A stretch of DNA of 64,000 nucleotides from Haplodiscus bocki (Eukaryota): the NCBI GenBank assembly GCA_965655095.1, contig OZ296650.1, positions 1,426,001-1,490,000 of the forward strand, in the 5' to 3' direction. This document shows, one piece after another, positions 10,788-23,769 of this stretch. Below the pieces are notes generated by a model. That model did no database searches. It saw only the letters and a program-made list of their open reading frames with translations, and was not told where the DNA came from. How positions within the stretch are numbered: the first letter of the stretch is position 1; every line of letters begins with the position of its first letter. Made by a program: the position numbers and the translations under genes.

Positions 10788-13094
10788 GTTAGTACCCCGT
10801 TCAACAACTCCCTTCTCTATATTCTATGCATGCTACTTTTCATTTATACCAAAGTTCACTGAGGCCCTCGATTAAACGCAAAAACCAAACAAGACGAGTT
10901 GCTCTCATTAATTAATTGCTATACAAAACTCCAACATTCTTGTGAAATTTCAAATTTCAAACATAAACGGGTCTTTTCCGTAATCCCCCTGACCAAATTA
11001 TTATTTCCCTCTAGCTGACACTGAGCTGAACAGTTGTGTTCAAGATTTCTGTTTCCTGTTCCAGTTATTGGAACTGACAGTTTACTTTCACTAGCTTTAG
11101 TAATCAGGCGGCAGTCTCTTTGTTGGAAGGTGCTTGAGATTTGTGTGTAATGTCTGCTGCCTGTGCTGCTGCTGAGAAAACGGAAAAGACCCAAATGAGC
11201 ATTTGCTCGATAGGCGTCATATCTAACTTCCAGAAGGATTCAAGCACTAAAGCCAACTTTCTTTGAACACTTACCACATTTTACATTCATGTTTTTATTT
11301 CACCGGCAAACTTCAATTATCTGCACTTCATACAACGCAATTTTTGACCACCCAATATCTCATATTTTGGTCAGTGTATATTAACTTAAGAGGCGCAGTA
11401 GCGCTGCGATATTTTTCGTCGGCGGTGGGTCAGACATGGCTGAAATTTTCAAGACAAACATAGGTATCCTACGGAGCGGGAAGGCTCGCTCTTGGCTCAG
11501 TTAGTACAATTTTGGACAAAAACTGGTATTCAAGAACTGATTTTCATCTTAAGAGGAACATTTTGAGTGATTTCCCAAAAAATCTGAAAATTTAAGAACA
11601 TTCCGGCTTTGGGCAAAAAAATTTCGGCTGTTTGGCCGGTATTCTCAAAATTGATTTCAACGTGTCCCGCGGAACACTTTGGGGAAATTTTCGAACAGGT
11701 GAACATGTTCACGCGGGATTGGCAAATCACCGGAAAAAAAGGCTACATACTGAGAGAAGGATTTTCCTTTCGTAATATACACTACGACGGAAAATAAAAA
11801 TGCCATCGAACCATCAACTGGATTTGGAATAAATTCAGCAAATTCCAATTTTCATAAAGCTAATCCACAGAAGGTGATCAAAAGTAGACAAGCAGATGAC
11901 ATCAAACACAACTGCACGAACTTCTTGAATGATCTTTGGAACTTCTTCAAATGATCTTTGAAGCAATTCAAGGAAAAATTTAATCACTAAAGGCTTGATT
12001 CTTGCATATGCAATTACTCGATTGCGAATGCAAAAACGGTGCCGTTCAATAAGACGACTGCTCAATTGACCGACTTTGCTATTGAATGAATTAGCATTGC
12101 GCGCATTTGAGTCCCGCTTCGCTCGGATTTGTTACGTTATCGAATCACACTACCTCAGCCAATAAAATTTAGGAAGTCAGCTAAAACGGGCCCATCGAGC
12201 AATCGGTTAACTGAGCAATCAGGGTCAGTTGATACTTCAACGCGGATTAAAGCGTACCTTCGAGCAGTGGCGCAATTTTAATTGTGTCCACGTAAAATTA
12301 GCCAAAATAAATATTAGCTGTGATGAAAAAAAAATGAAACATAAAGCTGTTCAAAAAATGGGACCCTTTAGTTTTCGTTTTATATCTAATGTACGCAAGT
12401 TATCGAGGGTTTAATTGACACAACCTCTTCTCATTGGTTGCCTTTCAAGATTAATGCAAACAAAATTGATCTCAAAAAATTGAAAATCCCAAAATTAGGT
12501 AGTTCATAAACCCCTCTTAAGCTGTTATTTTCGACAATTTTCTTTGAAATCTCACATCTCCTAAAACAAGAAACTATTTTTAATTCTCAATCTGAGCTGA
12601 TATCTTATTATCTTGCCGGCTGGGTTGTATGATTGAATTTTGGAGACTGCTGAAAATTGCAAACGAAATCGACAATTCTCGTGCAAAAAAGCTATACTCT
12701 ATCATAATACATGTAAAAGCAATCTTCTCTGTCTAAACATTTGGTTTTCTTTAGAATAACAGACTTTTATGGGTTAAGATACGCTTTATGGTTTTCAGAA
12801 GTTGAGGGATGTTACGCTCAAGAAGGAAACTTTTGGAAATGGGTTAAAATGCTTTGAATACTTAAAGAATTGTAAGCAAGCCGCGAACGGTCCAAGTCGG
12901 CCCCGCCCGTACGACTCAAAACATCCATGGTGAATCTGTTTTTTGGTATCAAAAATTCGACGATTTATTGATTCATCGTAAAATTGGGGGAAGGGGAAGT
13001 AGGGTGAAAACTAAAGTTGGATTTTTTAAATAGGACTTACCTAGTTTCAAGCCCCTAAGTATGGCTTGAAAACTTCCTGTGCTATTCTCTATAC

Positions 13095-15115
13095 CAACAG
13101 GCCGGGCGGCAGAAAAATCGCTGGCTGATGGAACCACAATCAAAATACAGAAAACAAAAAAATATACCGAAAAAACCGAAATTCAGACGTATTCCCGAAA
13201 ATTCTTCTCGGCGAAATCTAGTCTCGAACCCGTATCTATGGCTTGAGGACCTTTTGTTCTTCCTTCTAGACAACTGGGGCTTTCTGGAGTACCAACCACT
13301 TTGTGTTTTGAAAATTTCGTCGATTCCAGAAGTCTTGAAAAAACAAAAACCACTGTGATAGTCGGGCACTTTTTTTCCAAAAAGCGCCGATTAAAAATGA
13401 GCGATCCAGGAGTAAAATTGCGAATCTCTATCTTCTACATTGATCCATTTTTGGAAACAAAAACTATTATAATCTACGTAAAATTATACGTAAATACGAA
13501 ACTTTTCTTGAAACTTCTTTATACGTTCGGTAGATATTTAGATATTCAGTGGTCCCATTTCTTTATCACTGCACTGTAATAAAGGCAATCAAAGTCAAAT
13601 GCGAACATGTAGATTCTGTTTTGTAAAAGCAAACTAGAAAAAGAGATATTCTTTCGATTCGAATTGACATTAATAGAACAATTCCATGCAGATCTTGCAG
13701 AACTATAGACTCGTAACTGTAGAAACCTAAAAAAAATCGAAACGCCACCATTTTTTCCAAAAACACTGACCTTCAATCTCTCCGAAGTTGCCGATGTTTT
13801 AATGGGGAAGTGTTCACTATGAGTGGAAAAACACCGGAAGATTCTCTACTTTTATGCAATGGCACACCAGTTTTCTCCAATGTGATTTTCATTTTGTCCC
13901 AGCAGCGAAATTTACTACTTTTGAGCAAGCATTCGAATAAACAGTTAGTTTTGTATTGGAACCCCGAAATTCAATAAAATCTGATCAAAAAGTTAACATA
14001 ATTGTTTTATCTACACGCAATTTTTGACACAATTATGTCTTAGATTTTCAAAAAAAACTTTTTTTCCGCATTTTCATGTGAATATCTACGCAATAAAATT
14101 ACACCCCTGTTAATCATCCACTGCATCCTATTTACATGTCCAACAATAATTATAATTGTAATAATCACAAGGCAAACGGCCAACACCAGGATATTTTCCG
14201 CCCTTTAACTTTGTTAAAAACGCGCTTTTCGTAAAAGTTAGGAAATCACATTGGCTAATTTTCCACAATTTTATAAAATTTCCTATGAAAAAGTAAATGG
14301 TACGATGCTCCGATTGTTGATGTGATTTTGAAAATGACAGGTTTTACGGGGATAATAATCAAAACCAAATATTATATCATGATTTGTGCTATCATTTGAT
14401 ATTTGGAACTGCAAATGAGCTCCCTAGTTAAACTCGCATGAGTTTTGTATGCCACCTAACATTTTCAGTATTATTTTACACGTTGAATCGATTTAATCGA
14501 CTCTTTTGATGAATTTTGTAGGATTTGGCGGGGTTTTGTAACTTAGTTTCACAAAGTGATAGACAAAATGGCGGTAATTTCAAGACAACATTTTGTAAAA
14601 TTCTGAAAGTTACGCGTAAACGTTGTCTGCGCTGTCTGTCGCCATCTACGCATTTGCTGCAAATCACAAATGTGATGACTAAAAGGAATTTTTTGAAGCT
14701 AACAAACAGGAAGAATTATTTTTGACTTGTTTTCCAGTTTAGCCATCACAAGACACGCGGCTATCACAGCGATATTTTCCGCCCTCCAACTTTGATACAA
14801 TTGCTTTCCCAAACAATTTTCTTTCTATATGCCTTTTATTTCAAATTGGCTAATTTCTGCAAATGTTAAAATTTCGGATTTTTTCAAAAAGCCTAAATTT
14901 TGGTCACACAGAGACATTTTGAATAAAATGACTATTTTATCTGCATTCTACATTAAACTTGTTTTTTATGAAACCCTACTATTCATTCGCATTCTACGGC
15001 TAGTTTGCCATAATGTGGTCATAAATTTTCAATCTCATAATATCTCATGAAAGCAAGTAGGCGTGAAAAAAACGTGATACATGATTAAAAGATGGCGGAA
15101 AATAATGTGAGCGCT
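13095..15115. mobile_element. Cluster of HINE-family ends and fragments
   Basis: ACAAG..CGGC..ATATTTTCCGCC termini at about 14166-14202 and 14747-14783; related GGCGG(C)AG/AAAA motifs at about 13104 and 15094; same end motif as 586-625, 54551 and 56119. Confidence 0.4.
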
Positions 15116-17199
15116 AGGGGAGAATAACGGAATTTAAATTAAACGGTGGATTTCATTCGCAGTGCACGACGAAAAACGTCAAATTTTGATTGAACTTGCA
15201 TTTACGTGTACATGCAATTTTTTAGCCCTTATATGCAATTGCTGCATCTTACATCCGTGCAGCATTTGCGTGTCAACAAAACAAAGTGCTTTGAAAGTGC
15301 TTTTCGAACATTCATCTCAAAGCGCCCAAACTGAGCGTCTCACAAAATGAGCAGATGTGACGAATTTTGAAGGTATTTTGAAAGCAAAACGCTTTTCAAT
15401 AGCACATCTACAGTGACACATCTACTCTACAAAACAGTTTACGCTGCCAAACCGCAAAGTTTGTGAAATGAAAACACAATTTTGTGCTTTTAAGGAAGCA
15501 GCAAAGAACATAACGAAGACGCTGGACAAATTCTACGCAAGGAACACATTGTCAGGAAGACCATCCAAAATGGTTTTGAAGCACTTAGAGAAACATCCCT
15601 TCCACCTTCCGGACCCGGAAGCACAAGAATAATCCGATCTCATCTCATCTAATCTGATTTGAGCTGATCTCATTCGTCGCAGCACACAGTTCACACAAAG
15701 TGACATTGATAATTTCGGTCAATGACTTTTGCGTAGTTACCTGTGGCTTCCTTCATTGGTGCCGATAACTTCTTTTGTTGTCAAATTTCCCTTTGAAGTA
15801 GTACAAATTTCCCTATGAAGTAGTCGAACAATATCCTTTAAATGTTTGTGCATGGGTAGCTGATGCATTATACATGTATATTACTATAGCCAGTGCATTA
15901 TTTTTACGCCAACCACAAAGACCAAACTAACTCATTCAATATACTTCATCCATGCAACATAATTTGTATATGCCAATAGATACAGTAAAGACAAGACAAG
16001 GAAAAGTTGATATAATTTTCCAAAGTAGCAATTCTGTATTTTCAATACAAAATATGATATATGAACGAATGGCCAGCCCTATAGCGCGAATTTTAACGCC
16101 CATGTTATTTTACGCCAAATGTGTAACAAGAAAATTAAACATTTTTTTACCACTAACAGTTTTGTCCATCCGAGCAGTATTCAGAAGTTGCCGAGACATA
16201 TTTACCCCGGCATTGGCTGCATCCCCTTCACCAGAAAGCTTCGAGGACTCGGTACGTTTTTTGAAAGCGTCGAAGCACTGATTCACATCTATAACATTCA
16301 CAACTCATCAAAGATTCATTTGGTCGAAGTTTCCAGGTTCAATTCAGAACGAACAACTATTAAATTCATTCCGACCAATGATTGATCCCACGTAAATACT
16401 TTTTTCATATTGATAAAAATAAACCGGGAACGCCCCAAATCAGCGCATTCCCCAAGTCTCAAAATGTCGGGGGAAGGAGGGATTTGACGTTTTGGAAATA
16501 TTTGGTTTCCGGGAAAAATCACTGGACGAAAAAAATCGTTTTCCTCATTTTTTATCAAAGCGCCCCAAATTTCCGCAAGTTGACCGTGCAGTGATCTTAC
16601 AATGCCAAACAAATTGGCACCCTTCAGCTCTGGCTTTCAAAAAGCTGGTATACAAAAGTGTGGATATCACATTATTTCGCAAAAATTGTGGTCCTATAGT
16701 ACAGAAAAAACAAAGTTACGTTCGATTTCGTAATTACAACGTCTCTCGTACTGTATACAAACAAGCACTAGGGAAGCATTTTCTAGCAAGCAACCACTGA
16801 GCGCGAACAAATCAAAAGATAATCAAACCTAACGGTTCACACGCTTCGAAAAAAAAGTCAATGTAATAGACGGGCTTGCTTTCACGCGCCGCTTGAAAGC
16901 GGAATTACTCGATGATGTCATTTTAAATAGAGTAACTAGTAGTGTGAGTTAAAATACGGCTTTCCCGGCGGGGGACTCCGGAGGGTTTGGCACCCCGGAG
17001 TCTTCAACAGTTGACACGGAGCACGACGAGGGGAATCCGGATGGCATGGCACCTCGGAGGCCCAAAAGCAAACCCTTCCTGATATCACAATAAGGGACTC
17101 CGGAGGTCGCGGCGCTTAGGAGGCCTCTACTGGTTAGCAGAACTTCGTCGCCCCCTTTGGCCTGTTGAAGTTGAGCTTGAGCAAATAAGATGTGCATGA

Positions 17200-19683
17200 C
17201 TTCAGGAGGTAAAAAAAACCCTCATCAAGTTGACAAATTGCCAACAACGCATCAACTTCCTTTCATCGCGTCTACAAAACGACGCGATACCGAAGTTCCT
17301 GAGCTTCAGGGTTCCGGACAACGGTCGTAGTGACACATCACGGTGCACAACTTTCAGCGGCGCCTCTTCAGAACAGAAATACACTCTGCTTCAGAGTCAT
17401 TGAAAGGAATAAATTCAGATCGAGAGAGAACGTGAGAAAGCTTCCTGCAAAATTCTTGCCGTCATTGATCAGACACCGCCGGATCATAACCAAAACAGTG
17501 CGTAAAGAAAACAAAGAAAGGCATAAAAGGAAGCTGAAATCACTTGCACGACGGCAAAGCAAACCTTTCATTAGCGTCGGTGACACTGTCAAGGTGTTGG
17601 ATGACCTGAAAAATGCCCCAAAAAAGCTGGAATACCTGTTTCTGGGACCGACGCATCCTGTGCTTGACAAGTTTAACGAAATTCAGTTTCTTTCGCAAGT
17701 CAACTCTCCTGCACAACCTGGAAAGCAGTGGAACTCCGAAATAGAAATGGCATGAGGTAAACTCACTGGCACTATGGTACAAAGAGATGAAAAAGCAATG
17801 TTAGAACCATACGTTTAACAGGGTCAAAAAGTTCCCCACTAAAGAGAAAACAGAGGCAGTTCGGTTCAATAAAGGAATCGGATTCTGCAAAACGAAAGAC
17901 CAACCGACAGAAACTCAGACACCTTCGAAGTGCAACAGTTCGAGGAAGTACTAAAAACCGGGAGGAAGAACAACATTCTGGCCATTGAGGGGGAAAAGAG
18001 TGAAAGTCTCAAATGCCTGCTCGAAAACCAAGAAATTGACGATGATCTCAAAAACCTCAAGTGCACTGGAACACAACCAGCCCACTGGTACAGCCTTTCA
18101 AAGGTGCACAAAGCCGATACCCCCTGTGACCTGTTTTGTCTCTTTCAGGAAGTGGGTACGACATGTTGAACAAGTGGCTGACGAAGTTCTTCGACAATGT
18201 TCCTGAGGCCAAAATTGAAACATCAACTGTGAAAATGAAATCCGTTCTCAGCCTAACATCTCTTGAAGAAAATGAGATAGTCCTCTCCGTGGATGTAAAG
18301 GGCTTTTACATCAATGTGCCCGTGATGGACGCCATCGAGCTGGCATGCGAAGCTCTCTTCACATCAGGAAGCCCGCCACCACTGTCAAGTAACTTTCAAG
18401 TCACTCATGGAACTGGCAGTCACAAATGTTTGTTTGGTTCATGAGTAGTTCCTAGTGGTACATCCAGAGAGATGGCGTTGCAATGGGAGCATCTCGAGCT
18501 GTGATAGGTGGCGAACAGCTGGCTGGATGAGAGCATAGCCGCTGAGGAAACGCAGCCAGGCCCACCAAAAAAAGAACGAAAACAAACCCTTCCTCTGTGT
18601 AAAGTTTGAGAAGAATGTATCCCGAGCAGTGTACTCAATCCCTTGCGATGACTGTAAGCGTTGGTTCCACGGAGGATGTGCCGGCTTGTCACTCAAGGAG
18701 ACTGAAAATATGCTTAACCCATCGAATTGGCTTTGAGGGTGTGTACAGGTAAGAAAAAATCTCCTCCCAAATGAAGGCCAGTCTTTGGACGGTATGTGGA
18801 CCACATGCTGAGATCCATGAAAGAGTCGGGAATAGACAGAATGCTCCTGCATAGCAATACCCAACCCCAAATCGTGAAGTGACGAAAGAAACTCTGTTAG
18901 ACGACAGCATGATGTTCCCCGATATCAAGCTAGAGCTGAAGGAAGGGAAAATCAAAAAAAATCTTGGTACCAGAAGCCCACCGACAAATGATCGATCCTT
19001 CAATTCAAAGCTCTAGCCCGCATGGTCTACAAGAAGAACATCATAGAGGGTCATAAAGAGGATCTTCAACTCTACGTCAACCTGGGAGAAATTTGTTGAA
19101 GGGATGGACTCCGCGATGAACATCTGGGAGGCGAATCAGTATTCCCACAGTTCTACCAAGCGTTGATGAGAACAAGATTGGACAAGAGCCTGAATGGTAA
19201 AGCTAAGCCTTTTTCAGAGCAATCAAAGCCCACCAATACCATGAGCACCATGCTTATTCTGCAGTACAGGGGCAACAAGAACGACCACTTCTCGGAGAAA
19301 CTCCGGAAAACGGTCCAATGTCTTCGTGATCTTCACCACTCCAAAGATAAGAAGTGCCCTGCCCTCCCTCAAAATGCCTGTCCCACAAATGTTGCTGAGT
19401 AACGATGTGTACCAAATTAATTGTCCCTGATGTCAGTCCAGCTAAGTTGGGCAAACCACCCGCCACTTGACAAAGAGAATTTAGCACGCTTGGCCGACTA
19501 GCCACGTGGGGGACCCTGAAATCCTGCAACCAGAAGATGAAAGATGCCGAAATTGAAGTCATCGACAGAAGTAACAACCCGATCAAGCTGCTCCCTCTAG
19601 AAACCCTGCACATATCGAGTAGAGCGCCCTCAAAAAATCAAAAAGAGGAGTACAGGGCTCGCGAATTCACCTTCAGAGTGTAA
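17200..19683 (+). pseudogene. PLE RT-(PHD)-GIY-YIG polyprotein with multiple frameshifts and stops
   Basis: INFLSSRLQNDAIPKFL; KVHKADTP; LSVDVKGFYINVPV (motif A); WYIQRDGVAMGAS (B', 18456); FGRYVDH (C, 18784-18804, D to H); WYQKPTD; VYQINCP*CQSS*VGQTTRHLTKRI*H (GIY-YIG, 19407); LETLHI...NQKEEYRAREFT; stop 19681-19683. Confidence 0.9.
18596..18742 (+). other. PHD-finger (C4HC3) coding segment inside the PLE RT
   Basis: One frame reads CVKFEKNVSRAVYSIPCDDCKRWFHGGCAGLSLKETENMLNPSNWL*GC; Cys2 (now TTT) and Cys7 (now TGA) are single-base changes from TGT. Confidence 0.8.
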
Positions 19684-19741
19684 CAAATCATTACCAGCTT
19701 TGTGTCTTCATAAATCTATAAACATAGCTTTGTTTATATCA

Positions 19742-19744
<3 letters not shown>

Positions 19745-19781
<37 letters not shown>
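19745..19781. repeat. (CT)n microsatellite, about 18 units
   Basis: Directly visible. Confidence 0.95.
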
Positions 19782-19784
<3 letters not shown>

Positions 19785-19850
19785 CCTGAAAGTTGCTATG
19801 AATCTAGATAAGATTTCAGATTTTCATTTTTGTTTTGTCATACCTTTTCT

Positions 19851-19893
19851 AGATTCTGATGATGGTCTATAGGACCGAAAACGTTCAAAATAA
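19851..19893 (+). ncRNA. Minimal type-I hammerhead ribozyme motif in the PLE 3' region
   Basis: CTGATGA-t-GGTC-tatag-GACC-GAAA, palindromic AACGTT stem III, then UC cleavage site; stem I is weak. Confidence 0.7.
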
Positions 19894-22339
19894 ACTTCAA
19901 AAATCACAGGTTTTCAAACGGTTTCCTATTGTTAACAGTAACAACCCTGACAGAAAGAACTTTAATCATCAACTGGACCACTCTGGATAACACAGTGCTG
20001 AATCAACAAGTACAACGCAGACTGTCACACGGAATGGAGTGTACGATTGATTATGATGGGCACTACTTGAATGATGAAATTTGCTTGCAATCGCCTGATA
20101 TTGAAAGTCCCGCGTATATACGATTCGGCGCATACAGAGAAAAGCGTTACAAAGCACACAAGTAATAATTGTAAAAAAGAAGAAGATGATCAGTCGATAC
20201 CAATTAGATGGGAAAACTGATTTAACCTGCTCGAAACAAATATCCGAATCCTAGAAAATCAAGATTTGTCTTGTCGGCAAGTACACACCAAAAATTAAGG
20301 CGTGAGATTCCAAAGTTACGTACTAGATCTTTATAGAACAATACTGAATAAGGATGTAATCGAGATGCTGGAAAAAAACATGTCACCTCGATTCCCCTGG
20401 TTGTACAAAAAGTCAAAGATTTATCGGCTGGTTAAAGTTATCAGAGAAGCCATGGTCTGTTGTTAGCACATCATGCATTGATACTCACAGGAATATATAC
20501 ACTACCGACGATTCCGGGGGCACGTTGTAAGTGGACTTGAGGGTAGAAATCTTCACTACCGAATGATGAAAATTCACAGCTGGAAAGCTGAAATCATTTT
20601 CTTCCCTTACTTTAAAATAATGCGACTACGAGGCCTTTTGATACTTTTTGTTACGCTATGCAATTCATCAAACAAAACTGCAACTTTTTTATAACTTACG
20701 AGAGAAGCACAATCACAACGCCGTTTTATTCTGTTTCAACCTCAACAAACATAACTTGCAACGTTTCATTTTTACAAGTCCTGGTGATGACTGTTTTCAA
20801 AAAGTCACAGTAACATCACTGATACATTTCTATTCTGTGACACGTTATGATAACCAGCGATTGCATACTTGTAAGTGATTCGCTTTCACTGGAAGATAAT
20901 GTCGAGTACTATCAACCTTTGCAGAAAAACACCGGCTTTATATGACCGATACCTGTATCGGAAACTATTAGCTTCAGAAGTTCGCGATCAGAGAACTTGT
21001 TTATTCAAGAACACCAAAGTTTACCGATTAGCTTTCTAGGAAAACTGAAGCAGGCACAGCAGGGACTAATCCGCAAAATTATTACTCCCATTTATTGCTC
21101 GGAAATTCAAGCTCTCCTATCCATCATCTATTTATCAGCTTAATATTTGAATCCAGAAGTTGTAGTAGATATGGAGGGATTCAAACGAAAGATTCATGAT
21201 TTCCTTATCAAAGAGATATAAGCGTTCGGGCCGATTTATCAGTAATCTGCTTTTGCAGTTTTCCTTTGATGAAATACTAAATATAAAAGATGGCACGGAA
21301 AACTTCCACTGGGTCTCCAAAGACAGATTGATTAGACTGGAACTCTGGATAGAACGATCATTTCTTCCTATAACACTTTTTCACGAAAAAGGAAATCCGC
21401 TTTTAAAACGCAATTTTCCACGCAAACGTTGAAAAGTGTGCATTGCTATCCACCGATTTTGTTTCAAAAACAGACTTGGAATGAGTCGGATGACCAAAAA
21501 TCTACAACTTTCCTCATTATATCAATGGAATCTCTTACAATCACATCCACCCGGAGCGTTATTTCGAAAACTTCTCAAAAAAAAAGTATTGCAAAACAAT
21601 AGGCTACTCAAAAAATTACATTCCGATGGCCTAGGAGTGCACAACAACCATTAGCAAACAAGTGTAGACTTCACCAAAGAGGAAGTGGTGGAACCCGCAA
21701 ATCATAACGTGCTCAGAGGACTGTAAACGAGCTGACGACGGAAGAATTCGATTGTCTTAATGAGAGCATTCAGGCTGTCAATGATAAATGAAACTATAGT
21801 GCCCATTACAACAAAGAAATTGAATGGAAGAACGGAAAATCTCATCACTTGGACTAAATGTTGGGAAAAAACAACCCACTGAAAAAGATGGCCCATGGCC
21901 AGCCAAAAAAAAAACTTTTCACGAGTACACTAAATTCGAAAAAGTCAGAGAAGGTGTCATGTTTCCTTCATCGAGAAAAAAAATAAAAGTCTTCAATTTT
22001 TTCATCGGCAAATACATCTAACTGAATTTAACTCTCTCGAGTCAACTGATGCTTTTATTAGGTACATATTCTGCACATGTGATAAATCAAGATAAGATTT
22101 TGAAACTTCCGTTCTTTCAAACTAATTTGGTTCGGAACAGAAGATGAAGCAGTTGATTCAGCTGATAACACACCAATTGACAGCATTGTTTTCGACAATG
22201 GTCAAACTGATATAACATTAGAAATACGCTAACCCAATAACAGTATCTTGTTTCGAGGTTCTGTCCTTCACTCAAGCTCTCCTGGCTTTCATCAGTGTGA
22301 TAGCTTGGAATTAACCCCTTGTTTAGATTTTCAGACAAA

Positions 22340-22790
22340 TCAAAAAAAAATTAAAAAAACTCGTGGGAAGTAATGTATTAGGAGCAGGAATTTGAAAAAT
22401 TTGCAGTAGGAGGAGGTTATCAAAAATGATCACCAATATGTTAACCAATTCATCTCATCGACTCAAGTGATTGCGCATGATTCATATCAACACAAATCAT
22501 ATTGTTTTATTTCAAATCTTCATCATACGTTCAACAAATTGATATTTTTGGTTGGCCAATGAACAATACAGAGTTCATCAGAGATCAATACAAGAAGCTA
22601 ATTCAGAACCATACGGTCAGTTAGACATCAACTCCGATCTTACAACAAGCGACGCAATAAAATTTTGCTCCAATATATTGAGTCATTCCCCAACAACATC
22701 CCATTGTCGTTCATCATTAGCCAAAGAGACGCCATTGACAAGTGACCACCAAAATGTTGCATATAGTGAAGAAAGCCTGAACGTGACGGA
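22340..22790 (+). pseudogene. A32-like packaging ATPase, C-terminal half (element A)
   Basis: EQEFEKFAVGGGYQ (AGRH region), INTNHIVLF..VQQIDIFG, EANSEPYGQLDINSDLTTSDAIKFCSNI. Confidence 0.7.
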
Positions 22791-22829
22791 CTTTCAAAAA
22801 ATTTGGATCAGCGTGACAATGCTACGGTC

Positions 22830-23035
22830 CAGTTACTGAGCGAGTGCGCCTTGGCGGTATTCGATAGAAAGACTCGTTTGACCGTGAACGATATAAAACC
22901 CTAAGAACGAGAACTCAAGATTTTGCGTGACTTATCAGTGTCAACAAAGAAGAGGCTTGAAGTCCCATTTAACGTCAGAGGCTCAAAAATATTCGACTAT
23001 CAGCAGCACGAGTTATTGTCATCTCTCCCATGAAG
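22830..23035 (+). pseudogene. Conserved small Polinton protein downstream of the ATPase (element A)
   Basis: LSECALAVF...ELKILRDLSVSTKKR...NVRGSKIF; same position as, and similar to, 49098-49400. Confidence 0.45.
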
Positions 23036-23769
23036 TGTGCAAGTAATTGGTATAATTCCCAAAAGATAGTTATTCGGAGAAGCAACCAGAAACAATGGAT
23101 TTTTTGGACGATCTACTGCGCGAGAAAAATCCAAATTCTCGACAGTTTCGCCACGAAAACCAGAAAAAGCACGAAAACGGAGGAGTGAATGGAAAAATCA
23201 CCCAAAGGGCAAAAACCCGGATAGATTGCAGGCACGCGTCAGAATTCTCTTTATGCACAACCTCGCTCACAAAAAAACGGAACCAAGTCTCAAGAAATTT
23301 TCACAGCTGAAAATGTATCCATCACCGATGAGGGTTTGATCAACTTTGCGGATCGAACATCAAAGGATGCGATTTTTTTGACAACATGCAGCCATGCAGA
23401 ACCAGCTTTCAGATACTGAATACGAAAACATTATCAAAAACCTGAAATTTTGCACCCCAATTGGGTTACAAATTCTGCAGAGAAGCAGATCATTGTACCG
23501 CTCACAAAAACAAAAACAGTCAGGCTCAGATAAACTCCCGGCAGGTCGGTTAAGAGTTCAAGATGGACCAGCAATGTCAAAGATGCTGCAGCAAAAGAAG
23601 GAAAGAAGGGCTGGGAATACGTCAGCTGACAAGCATAAAAAGAATCAGCTTTAAATCGGAGGGGCTCCCACTTCACGTACAAGTTTGCTGGTGTCTATGC
23701 AGTCGATAGGTTTTTCCTGTCATTAAACGAAAACTCTTTCAAGATTGTACAATCTGACTTAACATCCAC

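Larger units (their letters stand above)
16950..19925 (+). mobile_element. Penelope-like retroelement (PLE), decayed
   Basis: RT plus C-terminal GIY-YIG ORF remnant followed by a 3' region with a hammerhead core; GC-richer than the flanks. Confidence 0.9.
19930..23700 (+). mobile_element. Polinton/Maverick fragment A (very decayed; same lineage as C)
   Basis: ATPase C-half followed by two ORF remnants, collinear with 50100 to 48300 of element C. Confidence 0.6.

Noticed and set aside
11386-12520. TTAA-GAGG...CCTC-TTAA as a Kolobok/piggyBac-type MITE
   Set aside because: Only 4 bp of terminal inversion, and another TTAAGAGG occurs inside; insufficient.
15950-16850. Minus-strand ORF remnants possibly belonging to Polinton A left of the PLE
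   Set aside because: Plausible, but no diagnostic motif; left unassigned.
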